Shown: positions 9,815 through 20,185, counted from the first letter of the stretch. The stretch is DNA of 64,000 bases from Candidatus Poribacteria bacterium (GCA_965215015.1 OZ244042.1:3296001-3360000); one strand, 5' to 3'. A program made the numbers and translations. Notes: generated from the letters alone by a model not told the origin.

Positions 9815-11416
9815 ATGAATCGCATGACTACAAACAAAGAGAGGACAGGGATCCTGACCCAAAGGATGAACAAACAACAAGAAGCAAACAGCACGCAGCA
9901 ACATATCTCACGTTTCATGTTTTATATACTATCTGCCCTTCTGTTGATCTGCACATTGTCTTCCGCCAATGCCCAAGAAATCAGTGTTGGTTCCAAGCGG
10001 TTTACGGAGTCCTATGTCCTCGGTGAAATAGCAAAGAAATTGCTGGAAGATACGGGCTACCGTGTGAAATTTAAGCAGGGGATGGGCGGCACCATTATCG
10101 TGTGGGAGGCATTGAAGAATGGTGATATCGCCATGTATCCCGACTACACCGGCACCATCCAAGAGACGATTCTGAAATCGGCGACCCCAATGACATCCGA
10201 GCAGATGCGGAGTGCGCTCGCCGAACATGGCCTCGGCATGACAGGTGAGTTAGGCTTCAACAACACCTACGCGTTTGCCATGCGCCGAGCACATAGCGAT
10301 TCTCTGAACATACATAAAATTTCAGACCTACAGGACCACTCAAATCTCAAGGTAGGATTTACCCATGAGTTTCTGGAACGCGCGGACGGTTGGACACCGT
10401 TGAGCCAGCGTTACGGATTGCAGATTAGACCTCGCGGGATGGAACACGCCCTAGCGTATGTCGCTCTGAACAGCGGTGAGATTGATCTCATGGATGCCTA
10501 CTCCACCGATGCAAAACTCGCTGAATATGACCTAACCGTGTTGGAAGATAATCTGCATTTCTTCCCCAAGTACAACGCTGTCTTTCTTTACCGGTTGGAC
10601 ACCGATCCGGCAGCTATCAACGCAATCCATAAATTGGAAGGCACCATTGATGAAGCACTAATGACGCGATTGAATGCCGAAGCCGAACGCACAAACAACT
10701 TTGCAGCCGCCGCGTCGCTCTACTTTAGCGAAGTACAAAACAGAGCGATAGAAGTCGTGTCCCAGTCGTTTATGTCTAAACTAGTGCGATGGACAGCACG
10801 ACATCTGATGCTCGTAGGCATTTCGATGGCAATTGCTATTGTGGTTAGCATCCCGCTTGGCATACGCGCTAGCCGTCCCGGAATATTCAGCCAAATCATC
10901 ATTGGGATACCAGGGATCATGCAAACCGTGCCATCGCTGGCACTGCTCGCGATACTTGTGCCGGTGCCGATGCTCGGAACAAGTCCGACAACAGCGATTG
11001 TTGCGCTTTTTCTCTACAGCCTTTTGCCGATTGTTCGGAACACCGCCACCGGGCTTCAGAACATTCCGACACCGTTGAGGGAATCTGCTGCCGCACTTGG
11101 GCTTGAATCCGCTGCCCAATTGACGAAGGTGTACCTACCGATGGCATCACGGACAATCCTTGCAGGTATCAAGACAAGTGCTATCATCAACGTTGGAACG
11201 GCTACGCTCGCTGCGCTCATCGGAGCGGGCGGACTTGGCGAACCGATTATCAGCGGTCTCGCTCTCAACAACGCCGAGGTTATCCTGCAAGGTGCTATCC
11301 CGGCGGCACTGCTGGCGATTTTGGTTCAGATATGCTTTGACTGTCTAGACCGAATGATTATTCCGAGAGGGCTGCGTCTGGAGGAGGCCTCCCAACAAGC
11401 TGCGGCAGGCGAGTGA
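9815..11416 (+). CDS. Fused substrate-binding protein (OpuAC/OsmF type) and permease of a betaine/ergothioneine-type ABC importer; start may be 9866 or 9917
   Basis: Signal peptide, GSKRFTESYVLGE, YPDYTGT, NNTYA, YSTD; C-terminal TM domain with QTVPSLALL, ESAAALG, LIGAGGLG. Confidence 0.9.
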   Translation: MNRMTTNKERTGILTQRMNKQQEANSTQQHISRFMFYILSALLLICTLSSANAQEISVGSKRFTESYVLGEIAKKLLEDTGYRVKFKQGMGGTIIVWEALKNGDIAMYPDYTGTIQETILKSATPMTSEQMRSALAEHGLGMTGELGFNNTYAFAMRRAHSDSLNIHKISDLQDHSNLKVGFTHEFLERADGWTPLSQRYGLQIRPRGMEHALAYVALNSGEIDLMDAYSTDAKLAEYDLTVLEDNLHFFPKYNAVFLYRLDTDPAAINAIHKLEGTIDEALMTRLNAEAERTNNFAAAASLYFSEVQNRAIEVVSQSFMSKLVRWTARHLMLVGISMAIAIVVSIPLGIRASRPGIFSQIIIGIPGIMQTVPSLALLAILVPVPMLGTSPTTAIVALFLYSLLPIVRNTATGLQNIPTPLRESAAALGLESAAQLTKVYLPMASRTILAGIKTSAIINVGTATLAALIGAGGLGEPIISGLALNNAEVILQGAIPAALLAILVQICFDCLDRMIIPRGLRLEEASQQAAAGE

Positions 11417-11523
11417 TTCTATACACATGTCGTCCTGCTGGGATGTAGTGATTCGGTCTTGCTATACACCTTGTGCTCCTCTGGAGCAAACGTTATTGCA
11501 GATAGAAAAAATTGGAGGAGAAA

Positions 11524-12042
11524 ATGGATTGGGAAATCAAGAAGAGAGGGCGTGTGACCTACTACCGTAAGAAGACCAACGATGTTTTTTCAGATCTGGT
11601 CGTCGAAACGCTCGATAGCGGCGACCTCAAAATTCGCTTCGTTGGCATGACAGGCGCACTGGCAGCGACCAACGAATTGGAATTGGACGAGGTAGCGCGC
11701 ATGGATCCAGAAAAGGAGATACCGCGTATCTTCGACACTTGGGAAATGTATGTGCGTGAAGCGGGGATTTGTGATTCTCTGGCGGAGCTCGATTTTTTGG
11801 AGGTCCATTCCTTTGGCGCGGCCCCCAAAGAACCACATCCGTTAGTTGAGCCGGAGGGTTACGCGGTGGAAAAGGAGCGTATCCGCCAAGCTTATGCACA
11901 GGCCTATGCGGCTTACTGGAAGGAGAAGATGCCGGAAAACGGGCTGCCGGTGCGGTTCACGGTCTATCTAGAGGAACTACCGGATACGGCTGCCAGCTAC
12001 GAATTCGGGGCTGTGGCACTCTATCAAAGATCAGCGAAGTAG
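11524..12042 (+). CDS. Hypothetical protein, possibly a divergent RidA/YjgF-like fold
   Basis: Strong RBS ggagg. C-terminus RFTVYLEELP...YEFGAVA resembles the RidA C-terminal pattern; fold is a guess. Confidence 0.6.
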   Translation: MDWEIKKRGRVTYYRKKTNDVFSDLVVETLDSGDLKIRFVGMTGALAATNELELDEVARMDPEKEIPRIFDTWEMYVREAGICDSLAELDFLEVHSFGAAPKEPHPLVEPEGYAVEKERIRQAYAQAYAAYWKEKMPENGLPVRFTVYLEELPDTAASYEFGAVALYQRSAK

Positions 12043-12087
12043 GCAGTGCGGATCTGTTCTCTTGAAGCAACATCTAGGAAGATTATC

Positions 12088-12972
12088 TCAAAACCGTTTT
12101 TGTAATACCAACTGGCTCTGAACGTTATAGGGAGAAACACGCGTTTGCAGCTGCAACTCAAAGGGCTTATGTTTTTTATTGAAGCTTTTCGCAGCGATGC
12201 GAGCGTCGACTGCACTGATAACGTGATTCAGAATAGCAATCCCCAGAAAAGTCTTCGCTAACTGGAATTTGTCATTGGCATCCATCCGCATTTGAAAGGC
12301 AGCTTCACGTAGTGGAGAATCATGTTTCTTCCGTTCTTCATCTTTGTAGGTCACTCGATCCGCCCAATACCATTTGCCGACCCTTTCAAGTGGTTCACCA
12401 TTGCCATCCATCATATAGATATTACGCCAATTGTCAAACTGGGTTGCGTGCTCATAATCTTCGATAGGGTCCCAGTTGTCGAACTTGGTGGGACCTTCAG
12501 GAATAACGTGGTCTCTCACATGCTCGCGATAGTCCTCCCGGAGGTTTTGTGCATCGCTGCGTATGATGAAATAGGCAATAAGAAGTCCTGCCTCCGCTGC
12601 AATCTGAAGGTAGCCTCGCTTCGCACCGATGTAGAGTTGCCCCGACCCCGGAACAAGTGCCGAGTACAGAAATGCTTTTGTTGGAGATTTTGTCGGTTCC
12701 AGATTCAGCGGTGCTTGAAGTCCTTCGATAACCGGAGTTTCGCTTTGCTCGGTTGGTAATGTTTGTGTACCTAGCGCAGAGATGAACCGAAAAGATGTAT
12801 CCTGAAAATTCTCAGATGCTTTTTCCGATAGAGGTAAAATTTTGGAGTTTTGCTCCACGTCGAACCCTTTCGACGCACTCCCTACCTGTGCAAAAGTCCC
12901 AATACCAAGCAGCACCACGAGCAGAATCCAGCCCCAATACAATTGGGACTCAAAGCAACGTGTATGTTTCAT
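12088..12972 (-). CDS. Hypothetical membrane/secreted protein (DUF5683-like motif)
   Basis: N-terminal hydrophobic segment, KSPTKAFLYSALVPGSGQLY, SAVDA; C-terminal Phe. Confidence 0.65.
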   Translation of the reverse strand: MKHTRCFESQLYWGWILLVVLLGIGTFAQVGSASKGFDVEQNSKILPLSEKASENFQDTSFRFISALGTQTLPTEQSETPVIEGLQAPLNLEPTKSPTKAFLYSALVPGSGQLYIGAKRGYLQIAAEAGLLIAYFIIRSDAQNLREDYREHVRDHVIPEGPTKFDNWDPIEDYEHATQFDNWRNIYMMDGNGEPLERVGKWYWADRVTYKDEERKKHDSPLREAAFQMRMDANDKFQLAKTFLGIAILNHVISAVDARIAAKSFNKKHKPFELQLQTRVSPYNVQSQLVLQKRF

Positions 12973-13039
12973 CCGTTTTCCTTTGCAGTTGGTTACAGGT
13001 TCTATCAGTCCCGACCTGAAGGGGTAATTGCAGCAATGC

Positions 13040-14182
13040 TTAGAATTGTAGGATGAGCGCAAAGACATTTAGACGTTGCTGCTCTGGACCGCCGCCGGGA
13101 AGTTGTGCAAAGTCAAGCTGATAGTTAAGCAATCGAACCCCTAAACCGTAGGTCAAATGGTCAGTGAAGTTCAGTAGATTAATACCGGGCTCTTCCTTGT
13201 AGCCGACACGGAGTGCCAAGAAACTTCCCAGCCAATATTCGAGTCCAATACTTTTCTGCAGATGCCTCCATTCAAAGGCGTTTATCCCAACTCCTCGATC
13301 TGACAACAATCCTTCGCGTGTGAATTCAGGCTCTAGTTCCTGCTCCTCCGCTAGTCTCTGTTTATTTTTCTCTTTTATGGCTTCATTTAGCCGCAATAGA
13401 TCCGCCTCTAATTCTTCATCATCCTCGCTCAATTTATGGATAGCTGCAGTGAGATCACCAATCAATCGTAACTGGTGATTACCCTGATTATAGAGCGTTA
13501 CCGCGGTTCCAAACCTGAACATACGAGGAAGTGGATCGCTCTGATTTTCATCTATGAAATGTATCCGTGTTCCCCAATTCTGTACCGCCGCACCGATCTG
13601 GATGGGAATTGGTGTCGAGGGTAGGTTGTATTGCAAACCAAAATCAATGGCATACGCCCGTCCGCTTTCCTCCCACAATTTCACGGAGATAACCTTGCCG
13701 CTGATTCCTCCTAACAGTCCTTTTGCCAGTTTATCCGCGTAAGAAACTGTCCATACCCAGTTTGTTCCAAGATTCTCGGTTCGTATAGGCTCCGGGGAAT
13801 CAATTGTCACATCAATCGTTCCTTGCCCTTCAAGCTGAAGCATAGTCCCGAGCGTTCCAGCCTCACCGAGAGGCAAAGCACCGGCGAAGAAAGCATAGTA
13901 CAACCCCTCGCCCGCCCCTCCGAAAAGTTGGGCGCGATCTACATACGAAATCGCGGCTTGTGTATTTTCCATAATGCCCAACCCACTCGGATTCCATAAA
14001 GCGGCTGTGACATCGTTATTGATTGCTGAAAACGCATCACCTAATGCGGCAGCCCGCGTGCCACCACCGAGATCGAGAATTTTAGCAGCAGTTGTCCCCG
14101 GTCCCGCCGAGACGGAGGGGACAATTGAAATTGCCATGAATAATAATAGAATAATTGTAGATAAAATATCTACTCGCTTCAT
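13040..14182 (-). CDS. PorV/PorQ-like (UPF0164) outer-membrane beta-barrel
   Basis: Signal peptide, GTRAAALGDAF, WNPSGLG, SDPLP, GLEYW, LRVGY, terminal F. Confidence 0.8.
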   Translation of the reverse strand: MKRVDILSTIILLLFMAISIVPSVSAGPGTTAAKILDLGGGTRAAALGDAFSAINNDVTAALWNPSGLGIMENTQAAISYVDRAQLFGGAGEGLYYAFFAGALPLGEAGTLGTMLQLEGQGTIDVTIDSPEPIRTENLGTNWVWTVSYADKLAKGLLGGISGKVISVKLWEESGRAYAIDFGLQYNLPSTPIPIQIGAAVQNWGTRIHFIDENQSDPLPRMFRFGTAVTLYNQGNHQLRLIGDLTAAIHKLSEDDEELEADLLRLNEAIKEKNKQRLAEEQELEPEFTREGLLSDRGVGINAFEWRHLQKSIGLEYWLGSFLALRVGYKEEPGINLLNFTDHLTYGLGVRLLNYQLDFAQLPGGGPEQQRLNVFALILQF

Positions 14183-14302
14183 AGTTAAGATCTCCTTACA
14201 TCATCTTCCAAAGAAGTGGTAAATCTTTAACACATATAATCGATCCAAACGAGAAAGGGCTTACCTAAGTTTACAAAATTTTTGGGGCATTTGGAGAAGG
14301 TT

Positions 14303-14731
14303 TTACCTCTCCAAGTGTTTTTTCTCTTTTTCTTCCTCTTTCTCAATGAAGTCGAGCGCGGCTGAATTCATGCAGTAGCGAAGCCCTGTTGGCGGAGGGC
14401 CATCGTTAAAAATATGGCCGAGGTGTGCATCACATCTATCGCACACTGCCTCTGTCCTGACCATACCAAAGCTGGTATCGGCCTCCGTCTCAATGCTGTC
14501 CGCTGAAATGGGTGCCCAAAAGCTGGGCCAACCAGTACCAGAATCAAACTTAGTTTCTGAACTGAACAAGTCAGCTCCACAACAGACGCATCGGTACACA
14601 CCCTCCCCTTGAGCGTTATTGTGTTTGCCTGTGAAGGCGCGTTCTGTGCCTTTTTGTCGGGTCACGTAATATTGCTCTGGGGTCAATTGCTGCTGCCACT
14701 CCGCATCTGTTTTTTTTAATTTCTTAGACAT
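14303..14731 (-). CDS. msrB: Peptide-methionine (R)-S-oxide reductase
   Basis: [35 protein letters not shown]. Confidence 0.97.
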   Translation of the reverse strand: MSKKLKKTDAEWQQQLTPEQYYVTRQKGTERAFTGKHNNAQGEGVYRCVCCGADLFSSETKFDSGTGWPSFWAPISADSIETEADTSFGMVRTEAVCDRCDAHLGHIFNDGPPPTGLRYCMNSAALDFIEKEEEKEKKHLER

Positions 14732-14786
14732 GCTTATTCCTTTCCGTTGTAATGACCTCGGTCAAGTGAATGGAGCCCCTACAAGG

Positions 14787-15143
14787 CTAATCCAGATACA
14801 AGATAATCTCATCCCCGTCCACAGTGACAAGGTAAGTTTTGACACGCATGCGCGAATCATAAAGTGCGGTTCCGGTTTTGATGTCAAATTCCCATTGGTG
14901 CCATGAGCACTTGATAATCTCGCCTTCACGTTCAAAATCGACATGATAGGTTTCGTCAGAAATTACGTGCGGTCGGAGTCGCCCTTGGCAGAGAGGACCG
15001 CCTTTGTGCGGACACATGTTTCTTAGTGCGTAAAACGTTCCGTCAACGTTAAACACACCGATTCCCCCCTTCCCTCCTACCGGTATAATTTTCCGTTCGC
15101 CGGGAGGCAACTCGTCCACTTTTCCAACTACATGACGCTGCAT
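14787..15143 (-). CDS. Rieske [2Fe-2S] ferredoxin
   Basis: CPHKGGPL and CSWHQWEF. Confidence 0.92.
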   Translation of the reverse strand: MQRHVVGKVDELPPGERKIIPVGGKGGIGVFNVDGTFYALRNMCPHKGGPLCQGRLRPHVISDETYHVDFEREGEIIKCSWHQWEFDIKTGTALYDSRMRVKTYLVTVDGDEIILYLD

Positions 15144-15168
15144 TGTGAATCTACCTACCCCTTTATTA

Positions 15169-15707
15169 TAACGTAAGTTCCCACCTATCGCTTGGCTAGG
15201 GCTTTTGTTGGTTCATTAGTTTATTGGTTGATTGAACTGATGGACACTGCTCTGAATCAGGATTTATTGGATAGAAACTCTGATGTTTCGTATCGCCCCG
15301 ATGGGCTACAAAGAATATATGAATAATTTTCACTGCGTTGGTCTGCTAGGGCTTTGGGAACTGGCTAGGAAGTCCAACCTACAAATTATGGAGAAGGTTG
15401 GAGTGGGCTAGAAAACCCGCCTTACCAACTATCGGGTCGAAATAAGCAACTTGATTGCCCGGAATACTTAGGGTGTGTTGACATTTTGATGTTTCCAATT
15501 CGGCAAACGCTAGCAGAGGCTACCATTGTAGGGAACACCGATTGTTGTTCCCTACGATAGTCCACACCGGGACATAGAAACAACCGCAATTGGTAGGGAA
15601 CGGGGATCTCCGTTCTATTTGTTCTAAACCATCGGGGTCATGCGTCCAAAGTACATCAAAATTGGTTCAACTTATCAAATGTTAACAGAACCTAGCAACT
15701 TGGGTTA
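15169..15707. mobile_element. MITE-like family 1 element with nested repeats
   Basis: tta|taacgtaagttccca ... tagcaacttgggtta|tta. Confidence 0.6.
15469..15694. mobile_element. MITE-like family 2 element (TIR ~TAGGTTCTGTTGACATTT), nested in family 1
   Basis: tagggtgtgttgacattt ... aaatgttaacagaaccta; contains a GTAG REP. Confidence 0.6.
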
Positions 15708-15998
15708 TTATATCATATCAGAGAGTAGTTTCATCCTTAAAAGTACTAGCACAAGCCGCCGAGTACACAAAATAACTGATGGGTGTGCGTAATTCGAGAC
15801 ACATGATAGCGGAATTCCAGCGAGGGTGCCTGGGTCAATCGTAGGTGTTTGGTTTCCAAGCCCAATGGGTTGGCAGCCCCACGCCCTACGCATAGAGAGG
15901 TGTTGAGAAGTATACGCATCAAAACCTATTTATGAGCACCCCTCAAATAACTGTTTTGTTAAGCTCGACACCAACAAAATGTCTTCGCTTATGATATA

Positions 15999-17132
15999 CT
16001 ACGCCGCACGCCCCACAACCGTCTCTGCCATCTGCAAGCGATGTGCATAGAGTTCACAAGCGTTCTCAACGAAGACGCGTCGTTTGAGTTCTGGGGAAAT
16101 GCCGGGCAGCACGGTCGTTGGATTATCCCAATCCCAGTGGGGATAATCGCTTGCATAAACAAGGATTTCATCGGCATGTAGCCATTCAAGGAATTTGTTT
16201 CGGTCTGCGCGGGTTGGCGGTTGTTCCATCGGTTGCGAGCCAAAACGGATGTGTTGGCGAATATACTCACTCGGCAGCCGCTTGACCCATGGTGTGTAAT
16301 CCCGTGTTGATTTCCAGTCGGCATCCATGTGCCACATCAACCCCGGCAGCCAAAAGGTATCGTGCTCTATGAAGAGGAACCTAAAATCTGGAAACTTTTC
16401 AAAAACTCCTTCACAAATCAGACTGACTGTGTGCGCCATTGCAATCTGCGGGCGTGCCATACGCATCTCTAGATAGTATGACGGGTATCCGGCGGCAGTT
16501 GGAGCATTGGCGATACCGGCACCCTCCGCACCGAAGTGGACGCACACTGGCAAGCCGTGTTCTTGAGCGGCTTCGTAGATCGGATGATAAAACCGATTGC
16601 CGAAGGGCATACGCGCCCCGGCAGGCATAATCACCTGAAAAACTGATGGATGCTCGCCAAGTCGATGAATTTCTTCGGCTGCCTGTTGTGGATCCGTCGG
16701 AGCGATGGCAATAGATGCCTTGAAGCGGGAATCCGCCTTAATCCAAGTTTCAAGTGTCCAGTCGTTGAAAGCGCGACACATCGCTGCGCCGTAATCGGAA
16801 TTTGGATGGACCGCTGCACCATAAACAGTAGAACCTGAGAGAACAGCGATGTCAATCCCATGGACGTCCAAGTGCTTCTCTCGCGCGAGGTCAATGTTAC
16901 CGCCGGGATGTTCGTCTTGCTCCTCCCACAGTTCAGCACGGACTCCCCCACGTGGCATGTTTGTATATCCAACCCCGGGCATCATCGTTCCAAAGTCTGT
17001 GATGTGCTCCACGTAATGCCGAGGCAGATAGGGGAATAGATCTTCCTGCTTCTTCGTCGAATGGTGTAAGTCACAGTCAATAATGTTGATTGTTTGTGTG
17101 TCGATAGTAGATTGCTTTTGTAGGGTTTCCAT
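15999..17132 (-). CDS. Amidohydrolase_2 family TIM-barrel metalloenzyme; possible dinuclear oxygenase subunit
   Basis: IIDCDLH, CRAFNDW, VHFG, GVFEKFP, SQPME, ASDYPHWD; co-oriented upstream of the Rieske gene. Confidence 0.85.
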   Translation of the reverse strand: METLQKQSTIDTQTINIIDCDLHHSTKKQEDLFPYLPRHYVEHITDFGTMMPGVGYTNMPRGGVRAELWEEQDEHPGGNIDLAREKHLDVHGIDIAVLSGSTVYGAAVHPNSDYGAAMCRAFNDWTLETWIKADSRFKASIAIAPTDPQQAAEEIHRLGEHPSVFQVIMPAGARMPFGNRFYHPIYEAAQEHGLPVCVHFGAEGAGIANAPTAAGYPSYYLEMRMARPQIAMAHTVSLICEGVFEKFPDFRFLFIEHDTFWLPGLMWHMDADWKSTRDYTPWVKRLPSEYIRQHIRFGSQPMEQPPTRADRNKFLEWLHADEILVYASDYPHWDWDNPTTVLPGISPELKRRVFVENACELYAHRLQMAETVVGRAA

Positions 17133-17501
17133 AGAAATCTCCTGTCACTATCAGAAATCAAACCTTACGGTGCGCCTAATTCTTGGACTTGGTATCGTAC
17201 AATCTGGTATAATTCACCGCGTAGGGTTGATTCGTTGCACATTAAAACTCTGTTACTATTTTTTGCTCGTCTGGAATTGCCACACCCAGAATGTAATATC
17301 CTTTGAGCGCAGACGTAGAGTTGGATTTGGCAATCTAACGGAAGTGTAAGTAACTTCTGAGGGCTTGCCTATAAATGATACCCTACAGAAGATTCAGATT
17401 CAAGTGCTGCAAACAATTTACTTGCGAAAAAGATAAAGAAGCTTATACACAAACCATACCAAATTCAGTGCCGATTGAGGAAGCAAAACAGGAGGCCATC
17501 G

Positions 17502-19148
17502 ATGAATGTTGCACAGCTATTTGTAAAGTGTTTAGAAACTGAAGAAGTGGAGTATGTCTTCGGTGTACCGGGGGAGGAAAACGCCCATTTCATGATAGCG
17601 TTAGAGGACTCTTCAATACCGTTTATTCTCACCCGCCATGAACAGGGTGCTGCGTTTATGGCAGATGTCTATGGCAGATTGACCGGCAGGGCCAGTGTCT
17701 GTCTTGGGACGTTGGGACCGGGGGCAACCAATTTGATGACCGGTGTTGCTGATGCCAACATGGATCGTGCGCCGGTGGTTGTCGTCACCGGACAGGCAGA
17801 TAGCCGGCGACAACATAAAGAAAGTCACCAAAACATGGATGTGGTGGGGATGTTCCAGCCGGTCACCAAATGGGCAAGCCCTATCATTAATCCGGAAAAT
17901 ATCCCTGAAGTGGTTCGCAAGGCTTTTAAGCTGGCTGAAACAGAGAAACCGGGGGCCTGCCACATTGAACTCGCTGAGGATATCGCCTCCCAATTGACTA
18001 GCAATATCCCCATTCCGCGACAACGTCTCCGTCGCGCTGTACCGGACGATAAAATTGTTGACCAAGCCATGGATTTAATTCGCCAAGCGACACGTCCGGT
18101 GATCCTTGCGGGCAACGGTGCTATCCGCAAGCGGGCAAGCAAGCAGTTACGCGAGTTTGCCGAAACCACGAATATTGGTGTTATCAACACTTTTATGGGC
18201 AAAGGCGCAGTTTCCCGTCATGCCCCTTACAGTTTATTTACCATCGGCTTACAGGCGAAAGACCTCGTCGCTTGTGCCGTTGATGCTGCTGATTTGGTGA
18301 TAACTCTGGGCTACGACTTGGTGGAATACCATCCGCGTCTATGGAATCACGGAAGTCATAAGCAAATCGTGCATATCGACTTCCTGCCAGCAGAGGTCGA
18401 TGAAGATTACCGCGTCGATGTCGAGGTTGTCGGAGATCTCGCACATACACTGTGGATGCTCAATGAGCGTGTTAAAGAGAATCCCCTTCAGTTCGATGGT
18501 CATCAGCACGAGACCATTCGGAAGGAGATGTTGGCTGAGTTTGACAGACACAAAGACGATGAGACAGTTGGGATCATCCGCCCTCAAAAGGCACTCTGGA
18601 ATGTGCGCGAGGCGTTAGGGCCTCACGATATACTGTTGAGCGATGTGGGCGCGCATAAAATGTGGATTGCGCGCTATTATCAATGTGATGAGCCGAATAC
18701 CTGTTTTATTTCTAACGGTTTCTGTTCCATGGGATTTGCGCTGCCGGGTGCTATCGCGGCGAAGATGGTATTTCCAGAACGCCGCGTACTCGCTATATGC
18801 GGTGATGGCGGTTTTTTGATGAATGTTCAAGAAATGGAAACCGCCAAACGCTTAGGGACGAACATTGTGGCTATGGTGTGGGAGGATGGCGGCTACGGGC
18901 TTATTTCTTGGAAACAGGACAACCAGTTCAACCGCCATACTAATCTCTCGTTCGGCAACCCGGACTTTGTTAAGCTAGCAGAATCCTTCGGTTGGGAGGG
19001 CGTTCGGGTCGAGAACGCTGTGGACCTCGGTCCCACCTTGGACAAGGCTTTTTGTACTGATAGTCCGGTGCTTATTGTTATTCCGATTGATTATCGGGAA
19101 AATACCCTGTTGACAGAGCGTTTGGGAAATATTGCCTGCCCGATATAG
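17502..19148 (+). CDS. Acetolactate synthase large subunit-like TPP enzyme
   Basis: FGVPGEEN, RHEQGAAFMA, TLGPGATN, GDGGFLMN; RBS ggagg. Confidence 0.92.
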   Translation: MNVAQLFVKCLETEEVEYVFGVPGEENAHFMIALEDSSIPFILTRHEQGAAFMADVYGRLTGRASVCLGTLGPGATNLMTGVADANMDRAPVVVVTGQADSRRQHKESHQNMDVVGMFQPVTKWASPIINPENIPEVVRKAFKLAETEKPGACHIELAEDIASQLTSNIPIPRQRLRRAVPDDKIVDQAMDLIRQATRPVILAGNGAIRKRASKQLREFAETTNIGVINTFMGKGAVSRHAPYSLFTIGLQAKDLVACAVDAADLVITLGYDLVEYHPRLWNHGSHKQIVHIDFLPAEVDEDYRVDVEVVGDLAHTLWMLNERVKENPLQFDGHQHETIRKEMLAEFDRHKDDETVGIIRPQKALWNVREALGPHDILLSDVGAHKMWIARYYQCDEPNTCFISNGFCSMGFALPGAIAAKMVFPERRVLAICGDGGFLMNVQEMETAKRLGTNIVAMVWEDGGYGLISWKQDNQFNRHTNLSFGNPDFVKLAESFGWEGVRVENAVDLGPTLDKAFCTDSPVLIVIPIDYRENTLLTERLGNIACPI

Positions 19149-19390
19149 CAAGGGAGTCGGCTTGAATTTGAGGAATAGCACGTCGAATGGGGCCTCTTAG
19201 ACATTCGCACGAAACTGTGTGGTCCTTTCTGTCTCGATTTTCGGCTTGACGTAGTTTATAGGTCATGGTATAGTGCTTTTCCGTTTTGTCGTGCAAACTG
19301 TTAGCTTGCCATCGTACAATTTTGCGTATAGAATCAATAGCTAGGAAGAATCAAAACTGATAAATTGACTTGACACTGGATATTGACTAT

Positions 19391-19679
19391 ATGAACTTTC
19401 GCTTTGAATGGGATGCCAACAAGGCAAACGCTAACGCCACAAAACACGGAGTGAGTTTTTAAGAAGCCGCAACTGTATTTCAGGATGCAATGGCTGTTAT
19501 CTTTGAGGGTGAAAATCACCCGGACGAAGAGTTTAAGAGAAATCATCGTTGGACACTCTGATAGGAACGGTTTACTTCTGGTATGTTTCACCGAGTGTAA
19601 CGATGTCATTTGCATTATCAATACTCGAAAAGCGACAAGGAGATAACATCGAGATTATGAAGAACACCAAAATCGTTGA
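19391..19679 (+). pseudogene. BrnT (DUF497) toxin pseudogene
   Basis: MNFRFEWDANKANANATKHGVSF*EAATVFQD, then a frameshift, then REIIVGHS...LLLVCFTE...IINTRKATRR*HRDYEE. Confidence 0.85.
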
Positions 19680-19896
19680 ACATGCCTCTAGCGTATCTGA
19701 TGAAATGTGAGACGAATACCAGTTTGACTATAGCTAAGCCAAACCGAACCGTTTTGTGTCGCAGATTGGGCAGGGCCAGTTGATGATCGTTCTTGATCCG
19801 GATGTCGCCGGTGTCTTCAAAACAACTGAATCCGTGAATCAAGTATTGCGGGCGATCATCATCCCAATGCCTAATATAGAAAAAGGTATTAGCTGA
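19657..19896 (+). pseudogene. BrnA-like antitoxin pseudogene
   Basis: MKNT...DEM*DEYQFDYS*AKPNRF...LDPDVAGVFKTTESVNQVLRAII; two in-frame stops. Confidence 0.8.
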
Positions 19897-19899
19897 ATT

Positions 19900-20084
19900 G
19901 GCTCATGTTAAGGAATAGTGCAGCGGAAACCGGGTTTTTTTTGGAAAAACTCGGTTTCTCTTTATGTTTTGCATTGTCTTTTTTTAAGTCCCGTAGGTCG
20001 GGCTTCCAGGCCCGGCTACACCAATGAACTATAATTTTCACATTTCACGCTTTTTGCGTTTTGCACTTTCTTTTGACATGAGCC
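19900..20084. mobile_element. MITE-like family 3 element, copy 1
   Basis: ggctcatgttaaggaatagtgca ... ttgcactttcttttgacatgagcc; internal hairpin gaaaccgggtttt...aaaactcggtttc. Confidence 0.7.
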
Positions 20085-20185
20085 CTGAATTTCGTATTCC
20101 GTTTCATGATTCTTGCAAGTCGTTATCTAAGTCCACACAATCATACAACCACTATTCGCCGCTTATATAACCGGAGGAGAAGCAA

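Noticed and set aside
14303-14731. MsrB (and TrxA at 45698-46024) as selenoproteins
   Set aside because: Both have ordinary Cys codons at the catalytic positions (RYCMNS, WCGPC).
19708-19710. TGA in the antitoxin frame as selenocysteine
   Set aside because: The same frame also has a TAA, the position is not a Cys site, and the neighbouring toxin is decayed.
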